Shown in pieces: positions 15,582 to 23,893 of a DNA stretch of 42,130 nucleotides; positions within the stretch are counted from its first letter, which is position 1, and the number at the start of each line of letters is the position of its first letter. The stretch spans positions 1-42,130 of the forward strand of contig JAYTIO010000293.1 in the NCBI GenBank assembly GCA_043731805.1, given 5' to 3'. The translations under genes and the position numbers were made by a program. A model generated the notes under the pieces. That model had not been told where the DNA came from and searched no databases. It saw nothing but the letters and a program-made list of their open reading frames with translations. Source of the DNA: Pedosphaera sp. (lineage in GTDB: Bacteria > Verrucomicrobiota > Verrucomicrobiia > Limisphaerales > SXTU01).

Positions 15582-17219
15582 ATGCCTGAACGCCTTTCTC
15601 GCCGTTGCACGCGCCGTGTTGCCGCTGGCTTCGCGGCCGTCGGCCTCGGGCTCTCAGCTACGCTCGGAATGGTGGCCCGGGCCGCCGACGCGCCTTTGCG
15701 GCAGGTGGTGGACGTCCAGGTGCGGGCCGCGTGGAAGCAGGAGAAGCTCAAGCCGGCGGCGAAGGCGGACGATGCCACGTTCCTGCGTCGCGTGCAGCTC
15801 GACTTGCTCGGCACCATTCCGACGCACGACGAGGCGCGGGCTTTCCTCGACGACCCGGACTCGTGGAAGCGCGACAAGCTCATCGTGCGACTGCTCGACG
15901 ACCCGCGCTTCGCCGCGCACCAGACGACCCTGTGGGACCTCACGCTCTTCGGTCGCCAGCCGCCGAACCCGGACACGACGCGCAATCGCACGGCGTTCCG
16001 CGAATGGCTCACCGCGAAGTTCGCGAAGAACGAGCCGCTCGACCGCTGGGTGCGCGCGCTCTTGCTCGCGGAGGAGGAAGGTTCGGAGCTGTTCTACGCG
16101 GCTTACAGCAACAAGCCGGAGGATTTGACCGAGGCCTTCAGCCGGATTTTTCTGGGCACGCAGCTCCAGTGCGCGCGCTGTCACGACCATCCTTACACGG
16201 ACTTGAAGCAGCGGGATTTCTACGGCATGGCGGGCTTCTTCGTGCGGCTCGTGGTGATGGACCAAGGCAGCAGCGGCTCCGGCGAGAAGCAGATGAAGAA
16301 GTTCAAGATTGGCGAGAAAGGCAGCGGCGACGTGCTCTTCGCGGGCAACATGAAGGACGCGAAGCCCGGCAAGAAGGGCGAGCCGGTGAAGCCCGCGTTC
16401 CTGCGCGGCGGGGCGCTCGAGGAGCCGCCCGTGCCGGCGGGGTTCAAGGAACCGGAGTTCAAGTCCGGCACGAAGTCGCTGCCCAAGCCGGAGTTCTCGC
16501 GCAAGGAGAAGCTCGCCGAGTGGGCCACGGCTCCGGCGAATCCGTTCTTCGCGCGCGCGGCGGTGAATCGCGTTTGGGGGCAGCTCATGGGGCGTGGTAT
16601 CGTGCATCCCGTGGACGACTTCGAGGCGGACAACAAGCCCGCGCTGCCGGCGTTGCTCGACGCGCTCACGCAGCAGTTCGTCGCGCACCAGTTCGACCTG
16701 AAGTGGCTCATCGGGGAGTTGGTGCGCAGCGAGACCTATCAGCTCGCCAGCAGTGGTCCGGCGAAGGAGGCATTGCCGAAGTTCTATGAGCGCGCGCGGC
16801 TGCGGCCGCTCTCGGCGGAGGAAATAGTGGCCGCGCTCAAGACCGCCGGCGGCGACCCGGCGATGAAGAGCGACGGCGTGACGGGTGACTATTTCACCCG
16901 CTATTTCGGCGAGCCGACGAATGGGCAGGGCGAGTTTCAGGGCCGCCTCAGCGAGCACTTGTTCCTGAACAACAGCGACAACGTCCGCGCGTTCCTCCGG
17001 CGCAAGAAGGGCAACCTCGCGGACTCCATCCTGCTCTCGACCGAGCCGTGGGAGGCGCGCGTGGACCGGCTGTTCCTCGCGGTGCTCACGCGCCTGCCGA
17101 GCACCGCCGAGCGCGGGAAGTTCGTGACGTATTTGCAGAGTGACCCGAAGCCGGAGCCGCTGGTCGAAGAGGCGCTGTGGGTGCTGGTGAACCTGAGCGA
17201 GTTCCGTTTCAACCACTGA
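15582..17219 (+). CDS. DUF1549 (PSCyt2) / DUF1553 (PSD1) protein
   Basis: The internal ATG at 15582 gives MPERLSRRCTRRVAAGFAAVGLGL. Motifs are FLRRVQLDLLGTIPT, CARCHDHPYTDLKQRDFYGMAGFF and NRVWGQLMGRGIVHPVDDF, with C-terminal VLVNLSEFRFNH. Confidence 0.9.
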   Translation: MPERLSRRCTRRVAAGFAAVGLGLSATLGMVARAADAPLRQVVDVQVRAAWKQEKLKPAAKADDATFLRRVQLDLLGTIPTHDEARAFLDDPDSWKRDKLIVRLLDDPRFAAHQTTLWDLTLFGRQPPNPDTTRNRTAFREWLTAKFAKNEPLDRWVRALLLAEEEGSELFYAAYSNKPEDLTEAFSRIFLGTQLQCARCHDHPYTDLKQRDFYGMAGFFVRLVVMDQGSSGSGEKQMKKFKIGEKGSGDVLFAGNMKDAKPGKKGEPVKPAFLRGGALEEPPVPAGFKEPEFKSGTKSLPKPEFSRKEKLAEWATAPANPFFARAAVNRVWGQLMGRGIVHPVDDFEADNKPALPALLDALTQQFVAHQFDLKWLIGELVRSETYQLASSGPAKEALPKFYERARLRPLSAEEIVAALKTAGGDPAMKSDGVTGDYFTRYFGEPTNGQGEFQGRLSEHLFLNNSDNVRAFLRRKKGNLADSILLSTEPWEARVDRLFLAVLTRLPSTAERGKFVTYLQSDPKPEPLVEEALWVLVNLSEFRFNH

Positions 17220-17491
17220 GCGAAGGCTCCGAAAGGACCACCGAGACACGATGAACACCGAGGAAGACAGGGGCTCCTCGGGTCGCGATATCGTCGTGTG
17301 CCGTTGGCCTCTCGCCGCCGGCAAGCCGGTGAAGGAACTCGGCGAGCCGCGCGGCGGGCAGCTCAAAGATTAGATCCACGCGCGCTCCTTCTCCCCCGAC
17401 GGCAGGCACGCGCCTCGCCCCCGCTGACATGGAGCGGTTCGTCCACGTCTGACAGCTCGGCGGAGCAAGGAACGGATCGGGCCACCCGCGC

Positions 17492-20032
17492 TCAGGGGGT
17501 CGGCAAACGTGCGACCACCACCCGCTCCACAGTCTCCACCGTCACGCCAGCCCGCGTGAAGCGCGTCGTGAGCGAACCGGTCTCGGTCAAGCGCAGGACC
17601 GTCGCTCCGCTGCGGGCCAGGCGCGCGAGCAGGGCGGGCTTCGCGCGTTTGCGGATGGGGTAGTCCGCGTCGGCCACGAGGATGAGGTGCGGCTGAATCG
17701 CGGCGAGCAACTCATCCCCCAGCGGTTCGCCCTGTTCCGGCAGGGCTGCTACCACGAGGTCCGCGCGCAAGTCTCCGCCGCGCGCGAGCAACGCCCGCTG
17801 CCCCAGCGCGCCGAGTTCGGAGAGCAACAGCACCCGGACGCCGAGCCACTCGCCGCGCAGGACGAGCGCCTGGTCGTCGGCGCGCTCGAACTTATCCGCA
17901 GCGGCGGGATGCAGGACTTCCCAGCCCGCGACGCCGTCGCTGGCGGCCACGGTCTTCCACCGTGCGGGGTCGGCGGCGAGTTGTTTGAGCGCATCACGAT
18001 AGGCCGGCGAGCGCGAGCGGGCGGGGCTGGTGAACGTGAGCGCGGGGCGTAGTTCCGGCGCGAGGAGTTTGAAGCCTCCGACGCGCCGCTGGTCGCCGTG
18101 GGTGAGCACGAGATTCGGCAGCGTGTTGACGCCCTGCCCACGGAGGAACGGCTTCACCAGAAAGTTCGCCGCTGATTCGCTGCCGCAATCCACGAGCAGG
18201 TCACGGGCGCGCCCCGGCGCATCGGCGAAGACGACATTGGCCCCCTGACCTACCACCGTCAGTCGCACCTCGTCGCGCGTGCGAAAGGCGCCGACGAGCC
18301 AGACGCCTGCCAGTGCGATCAGCGTCCCCCACGCCCACCGGCGCTTGCCCGGCGTCCACAGCCAGCCCGTGAGCGCGAGCGCCACCGCCGTGTAGAACCC
18401 GAAGAACTCGCAGGTCGTCGGCGTGCGGACGTAGAAGAACGCGCCGGGCAGCGTGATGCTCCACTGGCTGAACCAAATCATCCCGCGCATGAAGAGCCAA
18501 CCCGCGTGATTGAACGCGTCGGTGGCCCACGGCAGCCAGTCGCCGGTGACGAGCGCGCCGAGGTTGCACATGAGCGCGCCGCTGCTCAGGGGCACGACCA
18601 CGAGGTTCGCCAGCAAGCTCCCCGGCGTGACCAGATGAAAGTAGTAGGCGATGAGCGGCAGTGAGCCGACCCACGCCGCCAGCGACGTGGCGAAACTGGT
18701 TGTGACCAACCGCACCGGCGCGTCTAGCCACCGCCGCCAGCGTGGGCGCAATTCGTCCGGCAGGAACGGGTCGGTCTGGAGCAGGCGTTGCCGCAAGTCC
18801 TCGAACGGCGGCAGCAGCAACGCTAGGGCGAGCACCACGAAGAACGAGAGCTGGAAGCTGGCCTGGAACAATTGCGTCGGCTCCCAGAGCAAGATGATGA
18901 AGCCGGACGCGGCGAGGGAGTTGAGCAAATTGCTCGGCCGGTGCAAGGACCAGCCCGCGATGATGACGCTCATCATAATGGTCGAGCGGATGGCCGAGGA
19001 CTGCCAGCCCGTCGCCGCCGTGTAGAACCAGATGAGCGGGACGATGACCGCGCCACACGCGCCGCGCGGGAGTTGCAGCGCCCGCAGCACCGCCACGAGA
19101 ATCCCCGCGATGAGCGCGATATGCAGGCCGGAGATGGCGAAGATATGCATCGTCCCCGACCGCATGAACGGCTCGGAGACCTCGTCCGTCAGCGCCGTTT
19201 TCCAGCCCAGCGTCATGGCCCAGAGCAACCGCAACTCCTCGTCCTCCACCGGCAGGCCGCGCGCGAGCGTGCGCTGCGACCACGCGAGGAAGCGGTCGGC
19301 GACGGGCGGCTGAGAACTTGTCCCGGCCACGAGCCGCCAGTCGTTCGTGTCCGCGCACTGGAACTGGAAGTAAATGCCCTGCCACGCGAGGAAGGCGCGG
19401 TAGTCGAACAGCCCCTCCGCCAAAGCGCCGCGCGGTTCGCGGAGGATGCCGGTGAGTTCCACCACGCGGCCCGTGAAGTAGTTCGTCGCGAGCACGCCGG
19501 GCGTCGTGACGGCGACGAGGCCCGTGGCCGGCTGCCATTCGCCGCCCCGGCGGAGGGCCTCGACCTCCACGACCGCGTGTGCGCGCCACGACTCCTGCCC
19601 ATCCCGCTCGAAGACCCGGAGCGTCGGCGTCTCCGTCAGGCGGGCCCGCAGCGCGACCAGTTCCGGCTTGCCCGAAGTAAGCCCGCGCAAGTCCACCGGT
19701 GAGAGCACGGCGGACTGGAGCGACAGGTTCAGCCAGCCCAGGCTCACCAGCAGCGGCCACATCGCCGCGCGGCGCCAGCGCGGGAACAACGCCACCGCGC
19801 TGGCCAGCGCCCCGGCGGTGAGGAACAACGTCGCCAGCGGCAGGGGCAACCGCCAGCCGCCCCACACGCCCGCGCCATACGCCACTGCCACCGGCACGAG
19901 CGGGTGGCGGCGGCAGAAGGCCCCGAACGCGTCGGTGGCAGGCCCGGCGGCGTGCGGGGCGGCAGTTTGGTTTCCCTCGTCGTTCAAAGCGTGGTATCGC
20001 GGCGAGAGTAGGAAACCGACACCGGGATGCAA
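17492..20032 (-). CDS. comEC: DNA internalization-related competence protein ComEC/Rec2 with C-terminal metallo-beta-lactamase-like domain
   Basis: 846 aa and polytopic. The ComEC core motif is SGTMHIFAISGLHIALIAGIL. The C-terminal region LLVDCGSES...NLVLTHGDQRRVGG is MBL-like. Confidence 0.9.
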   Translation of the reverse strand: MHPGVGFLLSPRYHALNDEGNQTAAPHAAGPATDAFGAFCRRHPLVPVAVAYGAGVWGGWRLPLPLATLFLTAGALASAVALFPRWRRAAMWPLLVSLGWLNLSLQSAVLSPVDLRGLTSGKPELVALRARLTETPTLRVFERDGQESWRAHAVVEVEALRRGGEWQPATGLVAVTTPGVLATNYFTGRVVELTGILREPRGALAEGLFDYRAFLAWQGIYFQFQCADTNDWRLVAGTSSQPPVADRFLAWSQRTLARGLPVEDEELRLLWAMTLGWKTALTDEVSEPFMRSGTMHIFAISGLHIALIAGILVAVLRALQLPRGACGAVIVPLIWFYTAATGWQSSAIRSTIMMSVIIAGWSLHRPSNLLNSLAASGFIILLWEPTQLFQASFQLSFFVVLALALLLPPFEDLRQRLLQTDPFLPDELRPRWRRWLDAPVRLVTTSFATSLAAWVGSLPLIAYYFHLVTPGSLLANLVVVPLSSGALMCNLGALVTGDWLPWATDAFNHAGWLFMRGMIWFSQWSITLPGAFFYVRTPTTCEFFGFYTAVALALTGWLWTPGKRRWAWGTLIALAGVWLVGAFRTRDEVRLTVVGQGANVVFADAPGRARDLLVDCGSESAANFLVKPFLRGQGVNTLPNLVLTHGDQRRVGGFKLLAPELRPALTFTSPARSRSPAYRDALKQLAADPARWKTVAASDGVAGWEVLHPAAADKFERADDQALVLRGEWLGVRVLLLSELGALGQRALLARGGDLRADLVVAALPEQGEPLGDELLAAIQPHLILVADADYPIRKRAKPALLARLARSGATVLRLTETGSLTTRFTRAGVTVETVERVVVARLPTP

Positions 20033-20066
20033 CCCCGCTTTGGTGGACAGTCCTTGACGATAAAGA

Positions 20067-20143
20067 TGGTCGGGATGGTGAGATTTGAACTCACGACCTT
20101 CTGAACCCCATTCAGACGCGCTACCAAGCTACGCTACATCCCG
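20067..20143 (-). tRNA. tRNA-Pro (anticodon GGG), CCA encoded
   Basis: The reverse complement is CGGGATGTAGCGTAGCTTGGTAGCGCGTCTGAATGGGGTTCAGAAGGTCGTGAGTTCAAATCTCACCATCCCGACCA. It folds as a cloverleaf with acceptor CGGGATG/CATCCCG, anticodon stem TCTGA/TCAGA, loop ATGGGGT and T arm GTGAG-TTCAAAT-CTCAC. Confidence 0.95.
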
Positions 20144-20260
20144 AACCATCGTGTCTCGCCGCAAGCGACAAGGCAGGCGCATACTAAGAGCCGTCCGCTT
20201 GCTTTCAATCCCTATTTCGTGCGCGCTCGCCAACTGGGCTGCCTCTCGTAACCTACCGCC

Positions 20261-21784
20261 GTGAACCGCGCCCACGCCCTCGGCACCTTGCAGGAGCAGC
20301 CCACGCTCTGGGACGTGCTCGTCATCGGTGGCGGCGCGACGGGCTTGGGCGTGGCGGTGGACGCGGCGGCGCGCGGGCTGAAAACGGCGCTCGTGGAGCA
20401 GAGTGATTTCGCGAAAGGAACTTCCAGCCGGAGCACGAAGTTGATTCACGGCGGCTTCCGCTACTTGAAGCAAGGCAACGTCGCCCTCGTGCGAGAGTCC
20501 CTGCGCGAGCGCGGGCTGCTGCTGCGGAACGCGCCGCATCTCGTCCAGCCGTTGAACTTCGTCGTGCCCTGCTATCACTGGTGGGAAGCGCCTTACTACG
20601 GAGTCGGGCTGAACCTCTACGACTGGTTCGGGGGAGGGCTTGGGCTGGCGCCCTCGCGCCACCTGTCCCGCAGCGAGATGCTGGAGCGCTTGCCGAACTT
20701 GCAGTCCTCCGGCCTGCGCGGGGGCATCCGCTATCAGGACGGCCAGTTCGATGACGCGCGGCTCGCCATCGCGCTCGCGCAAACCGCGACCACCCTCGGC
20801 GCGAGCGTGGCGAACTACGTGCGCGTGGGCTCGCTGCTAAAAAACGATGGGCGCGTCGTCGGCGCGCGGGTCTGCGATGCGGAATCGGGCAAAGATTTTC
20901 CGGTCCACGCTCGCGTGGTCATCAACGCGACCGGGGTCTTCAGCGACTCAGTTCGGCGCATGGATGAAGCCAGCGCGCCGCCGGTTATTGCCGCGAGCCA
21001 GGGCGCGCACCTAGTCCTCCCGCGCCGATTCCTCGAGGGCAACACTGCGCTCATGGTCCCGCGCACCGACGATGGGCGCGTGCTCTTCGTCATCCCGTGG
21101 CAGGATCGCGTCCTTGTTGGCACGACGGACACCGCCGTTTCGGAAACGCCGCTGGAGCCGCGTCCGCTCGCGACCGAAATCCAATTCCTCCTCGAACACG
21201 CAGCGCAGTATCTGTCCAAGGCCCCGACCATGAGTGACATTCTCAGTGTCACCGCCGGGCTGCGTCCGCTCGTGAAGCTGCCCGGGGCGAAGGCCACCGC
21301 CGCGTTGCCGCGCGACCACGTCGTGCTCGTCTCGTCGGCTGGCCTCATCACTGTCGCCGGGGGCAAATGGACGACTTACCGCAAGATGGCCGCAGACGCG
21401 GTGGACAAGGCGATCGAGGTTGCCGGCCTGCCGACGAAACCGTGCGCGACCGAGAGCCTGCGGCTTGCCGACACCGGCCGCCGCACCGGGCAGTCGGCAG
21501 CCGAGACCTTGTCGAGCATCGGCGGTCCTCGGTCACGGCGTTTACATCCTGACTTGCCGCTGACCGCTGACGACGTGCTGCACGCCGCGCGGCACGAGAT
21601 GGCACGGACGGTGGAAGATGTGCTCGCGCGCCGCTCGCGGTCGCTGCTGCTCGACGCACGCGCCGCGATGGAAGCCGCGCCGAGCGTGGCTGCGCTGCTG
21701 ACCAAGGGCTTCGGTCGCGGCCCGGTGTGGGAAGCGGAGCAAGTCGCCGCGTTCCGCGAACTGGCGAAGGGCTACCTGCCCTGA
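20261..21784 (+). CDS. glpD: FAD-dependent glycerol-3-phosphate dehydrogenase
   Basis: GTG start. The dinucleotide-binding motif is WDVLVIGGGATGLGVAVDAAARG, followed by the GlpD-type FAKGTSSRSTKLIHGGFRYL. Confidence 0.9.
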   Translation: MNRAHALGTLQEQPTLWDVLVIGGGATGLGVAVDAAARGLKTALVEQSDFAKGTSSRSTKLIHGGFRYLKQGNVALVRESLRERGLLLRNAPHLVQPLNFVVPCYHWWEAPYYGVGLNLYDWFGGGLGLAPSRHLSRSEMLERLPNLQSSGLRGGIRYQDGQFDDARLAIALAQTATTLGASVANYVRVGSLLKNDGRVVGARVCDAESGKDFPVHARVVINATGVFSDSVRRMDEASAPPVIAASQGAHLVLPRRFLEGNTALMVPRTDDGRVLFVIPWQDRVLVGTTDTAVSETPLEPRPLATEIQFLLEHAAQYLSKAPTMSDILSVTAGLRPLVKLPGAKATAALPRDHVVLVSSAGLITVAGGKWTTYRKMAADAVDKAIEVAGLPTKPCATESLRLADTGRRTGQSAAETLSSIGGPRSRRLHPDLPLTADDVLHAARHEMARTVEDVLARRSRSLLLDARAAMEAAPSVAALLTKGFGRGPVWEAEQVAAFRELAKGYLP

Positions 21785-21787
21785 CGC

Positions 21788-21883
21788 GTGCCGGCGATTT
21801 GCAACCGCCGCCGGTCGCGGGCAGCACTTCGAGGACGCCTCATGCAGTCCATACGTCGGGCGGCGATTGTAAATCGCCGGCAC
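21788..21883. repeat. REP-like element, family B, between convergent glpD and the acyl-CoA dehydrogenase gene
   Basis: gtgccggcgatttgcaaccgccg (21788..21810) versus the reverse complement of 21861..21883 (gtgccggcgatttacaatcgccg) is 21/23 identical. Each arm is itself a hairpin, e.g. GGCGATT-gta-AATCGCC. The element starts 4 nt after the glpD stop. Confidence 0.65.
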
Positions 21884-21958
21884 GGGGAAAAAGGAAACCC
21901 GGCCGCGGGGGACAGAGAACGCGACCGGGTGCCGGGCTAGCCGCTCGGCTAGGCTCGC

Positions 21959-23893
21959 TCACTTCTTGTGAGCGACAATTCCTTCCTCCAGCCAGCCGAG
22001 CCGACCGGAGAGAACGCCTTGCGCCAGCTTGTAGCCGGCGCGGTCGGCGTTGTGATGCAAGCCGTCGAAGTGCCGCGCGATGCGCAGGCGGGCTTGCTGG
22101 CAAAAACATTCCGCGAGCTGGAGCAGCGCCTCGCGCTCTTCGAGACTCTTCGCCTCCTTCAACTTCGCCTCGACTCGCGCGCACGTCGCGGTGAGCGCGA
22201 AGATTTCCGCGCCGATGTCCACGAAGCGGCCGAGCAAGACTTGTTGCTTCTCGAGCTTCGGACCATTCAAGGCCATCGCGTGGAAGAGCGAACGCGCGAG
22301 CTTCCGCGCAGTGCGGCGGGCGAACTTGAGGTGCTTCGCGAGCGCGGAGTCTGCATCCACGCCGCTGAACGACGGCAGCCATTGCTGGGGATACCAGCTT
22401 GCGTAGAAGAGGCCGGCACCGACGGCAGCTTTGGCGCGGACGCCGAGCGGCAACTGCGAGTTCAGCACTGCGCCTGCCACTTTCAAATGCGGGTCCAGCG
22501 CCTCGCGCGCGATGAAGAGCCGCATGATTTCGCTGCTGCCCTCGAAGATGGTGTTGATGCGGCAGTCGCGCAGGAAGCGCTCGACGGCGATGGGTTCCTC
22601 GCCGCGTTCCTTCAGTGACTGCGCGGTCTCGTAGCCGCGTCCGCCGCGGATTTGCATCGTGTCGTCCACGATTTCCCACGCTCGCTCGCTGCCCCAGAGT
22701 TTGCACATCGCGGCTTCGAGGCGGATGTCGGCCTTCTTGTCGCGGTCCACGAGGCTCGCGGTGTAGAGCGTCATCGCCTCCATCGCGAAGATGTTCGCGG
22801 CCATGCGCCCGAGCTTGTCGGCGATGGCGGCGTGCTTGCCGATGGGCGCGCCCCACTGCACCCGCTCGGCGGACCACTTGCGCGAAACTTCGAGGCAACG
22901 CTTCGCGAGGCCGGTGCAGGCGGCGGGCAAAGTGAGCCGGCCCGTGTTCAACGTGGAGAGCGCGACCTTCAAGCCCTTGCCCTCGCCGAGGATGATGTTC
23001 GCGCGCGGCACCTTCACGTCGGTGAAGCGCACGACGCCGTTGTAGAGCGCACGCAAGCCCAAGAAGCGGCAGCGGTGCGCGATTTCAATGCCCGGTGTGT
23101 CCATGTCCACGATGAAAGCCGTGACCTGCTTGCGTTCCTTGCCGTTGACGAGCTTCGGGGGAGTCTGCGCCATGACGACGAGCACGCCGGCCTTGAGAAG
23201 ATTGGTGCACCAGAGCTTCTCGCCGTTGATGACGAAGTGCTGGCCGTCGGCCGTGGGCTCGGCGCGCGTCTGCAGCGTCGCGGGGTCCGAGCCAACGCCC
23301 GGCTCGGTCAGGGCGAAGGCGGAAATTTCGCCCTTCGCGCAGCGCGGCAGCCAGTTCGCCTTCTGCTCGTCGGTGCCGAAGAGAATCAGCGGCTGCGGCA
23401 CGCCGATGCTTTGATGCGCGGAGACGAGCGCGGCGAGGTTGCTGCAATAACTGCCGAGCAACACGGCGGCGCGACAGTAGTTAGTTTGCGACAGCCCAAG
23501 CCCGCCGAGCTGCGGCGAAATCTTGATACCGAACGCGCCCATCTTCGCGAGGCCCTTGATGACCTCGTCGGGAATCTCGCCGGTGCGGTCAATCTCGTCG
23601 GGGTCCACGTTGGCGCGGAGGAACGCCTCCAGCCGCGCGAGAAAGGCGTCGCCCTGGTCGCGGTCCTCGTGCGATTGCGCGGGGAACGGCAGCAGGCGGT
23701 CCAGCTCGTAGCGGCCCATGAAAAGGTTCGCGGCGAAGCTGCCCTTCTCGGACGCGGCGTCGCGCGCGGATTCGGTCATCTCCAGCGCGGCACGCTGGCC
23801 GGCGTTCATCTTCGAGGTGTCGATGACTTGCGCGGTGTCGTCACCGGGGGGCGTGGGGCGTGTTTCCATAGTGGGAGGTTCGAGGGTTTTCAT
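21959..23893 (-). CDS. long acyl-CoA dehydrogenase (about 640 aa, FadE-like)
   Basis: ACAD motifs are FALTEPGVGSDPA, WCTNLLKAGV and GGRGYE in the C-terminal helical domain. The start ATG overlaps the stop of the upstream gene (ATGA at 23890..23893). Confidence 0.9.
   Translation of the reverse strand: MKTLEPPTMETRPTPPGDDTAQVIDTSKMNAGQRAALEMTESARDAASEKGSFAANLFMGRYELDRLLPFPAQSHEDRDQGDAFLARLEAFLRANVDPDEIDRTGEIPDEVIKGLAKMGAFGIKISPQLGGLGLSQTNYCRAAVLLGSYCSNLAALVSAHQSIGVPQPLILFGTDEQKANWLPRCAKGEISAFALTEPGVGSDPATLQTRAEPTADGQHFVINGEKLWCTNLLKAGVLVVMAQTPPKLVNGKERKQVTAFIVDMDTPGIEIAHRCRFLGLRALYNGVVRFTDVKVPRANIILGEGKGLKVALSTLNTGRLTLPAACTGLAKRCLEVSRKWSAERVQWGAPIGKHAAIADKLGRMAANIFAMEAMTLYTASLVDRDKKADIRLEAAMCKLWGSERAWEIVDDTMQIRGGRGYETAQSLKERGEEPIAVERFLRDCRINTIFEGSSEIMRLFIAREALDPHLKVAGAVLNSQLPLGVRAKAAVGAGLFYASWYPQQWLPSFSGVDADSALAKHLKFARRTARKLARSLFHAMALNGPKLEKQQVLLGRFVDIGAEIFALTATCARVEAKLKEAKSLEEREALLQLAECFCQQARLRIARHFDGLHHNADRAGYKLAQGVLSGRLGWLEEGIVAHKK

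Noticed and set aside
15287-15589. 100-aa Pro/Ser/Ala-rich ORF ending 8 nt inside the next gene (possible coupled upstream ORF).
   Set aside because: It is built across the family B REP element (15323..15419, the source of the GDWKSPA peptide) and has no domain or hydrophobic core. GC3 is high, but that is also true of non-coding frames here. Some doubt remains because of the ATG..TGA overlap with the DUF1549 gene start.
18201-19865. 554-aa ORF on the same strand as comEC but in another frame.
   Set aside because: The comEC frame carries the family motifs and transmembrane helices. The alternate frame is Arg/Gly/Pro-rich with no recognisable domain. This is a high-GC artefact.
20033-20260. 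tRNA-Pro as the attachment site of an integrated element.
   Set aside because: There is no integrase, no phage or conjugation genes, and no second copy of the tRNA 3' end in the window. The flanking genes (comEC, glpD) are ordinary chromosomal genes.
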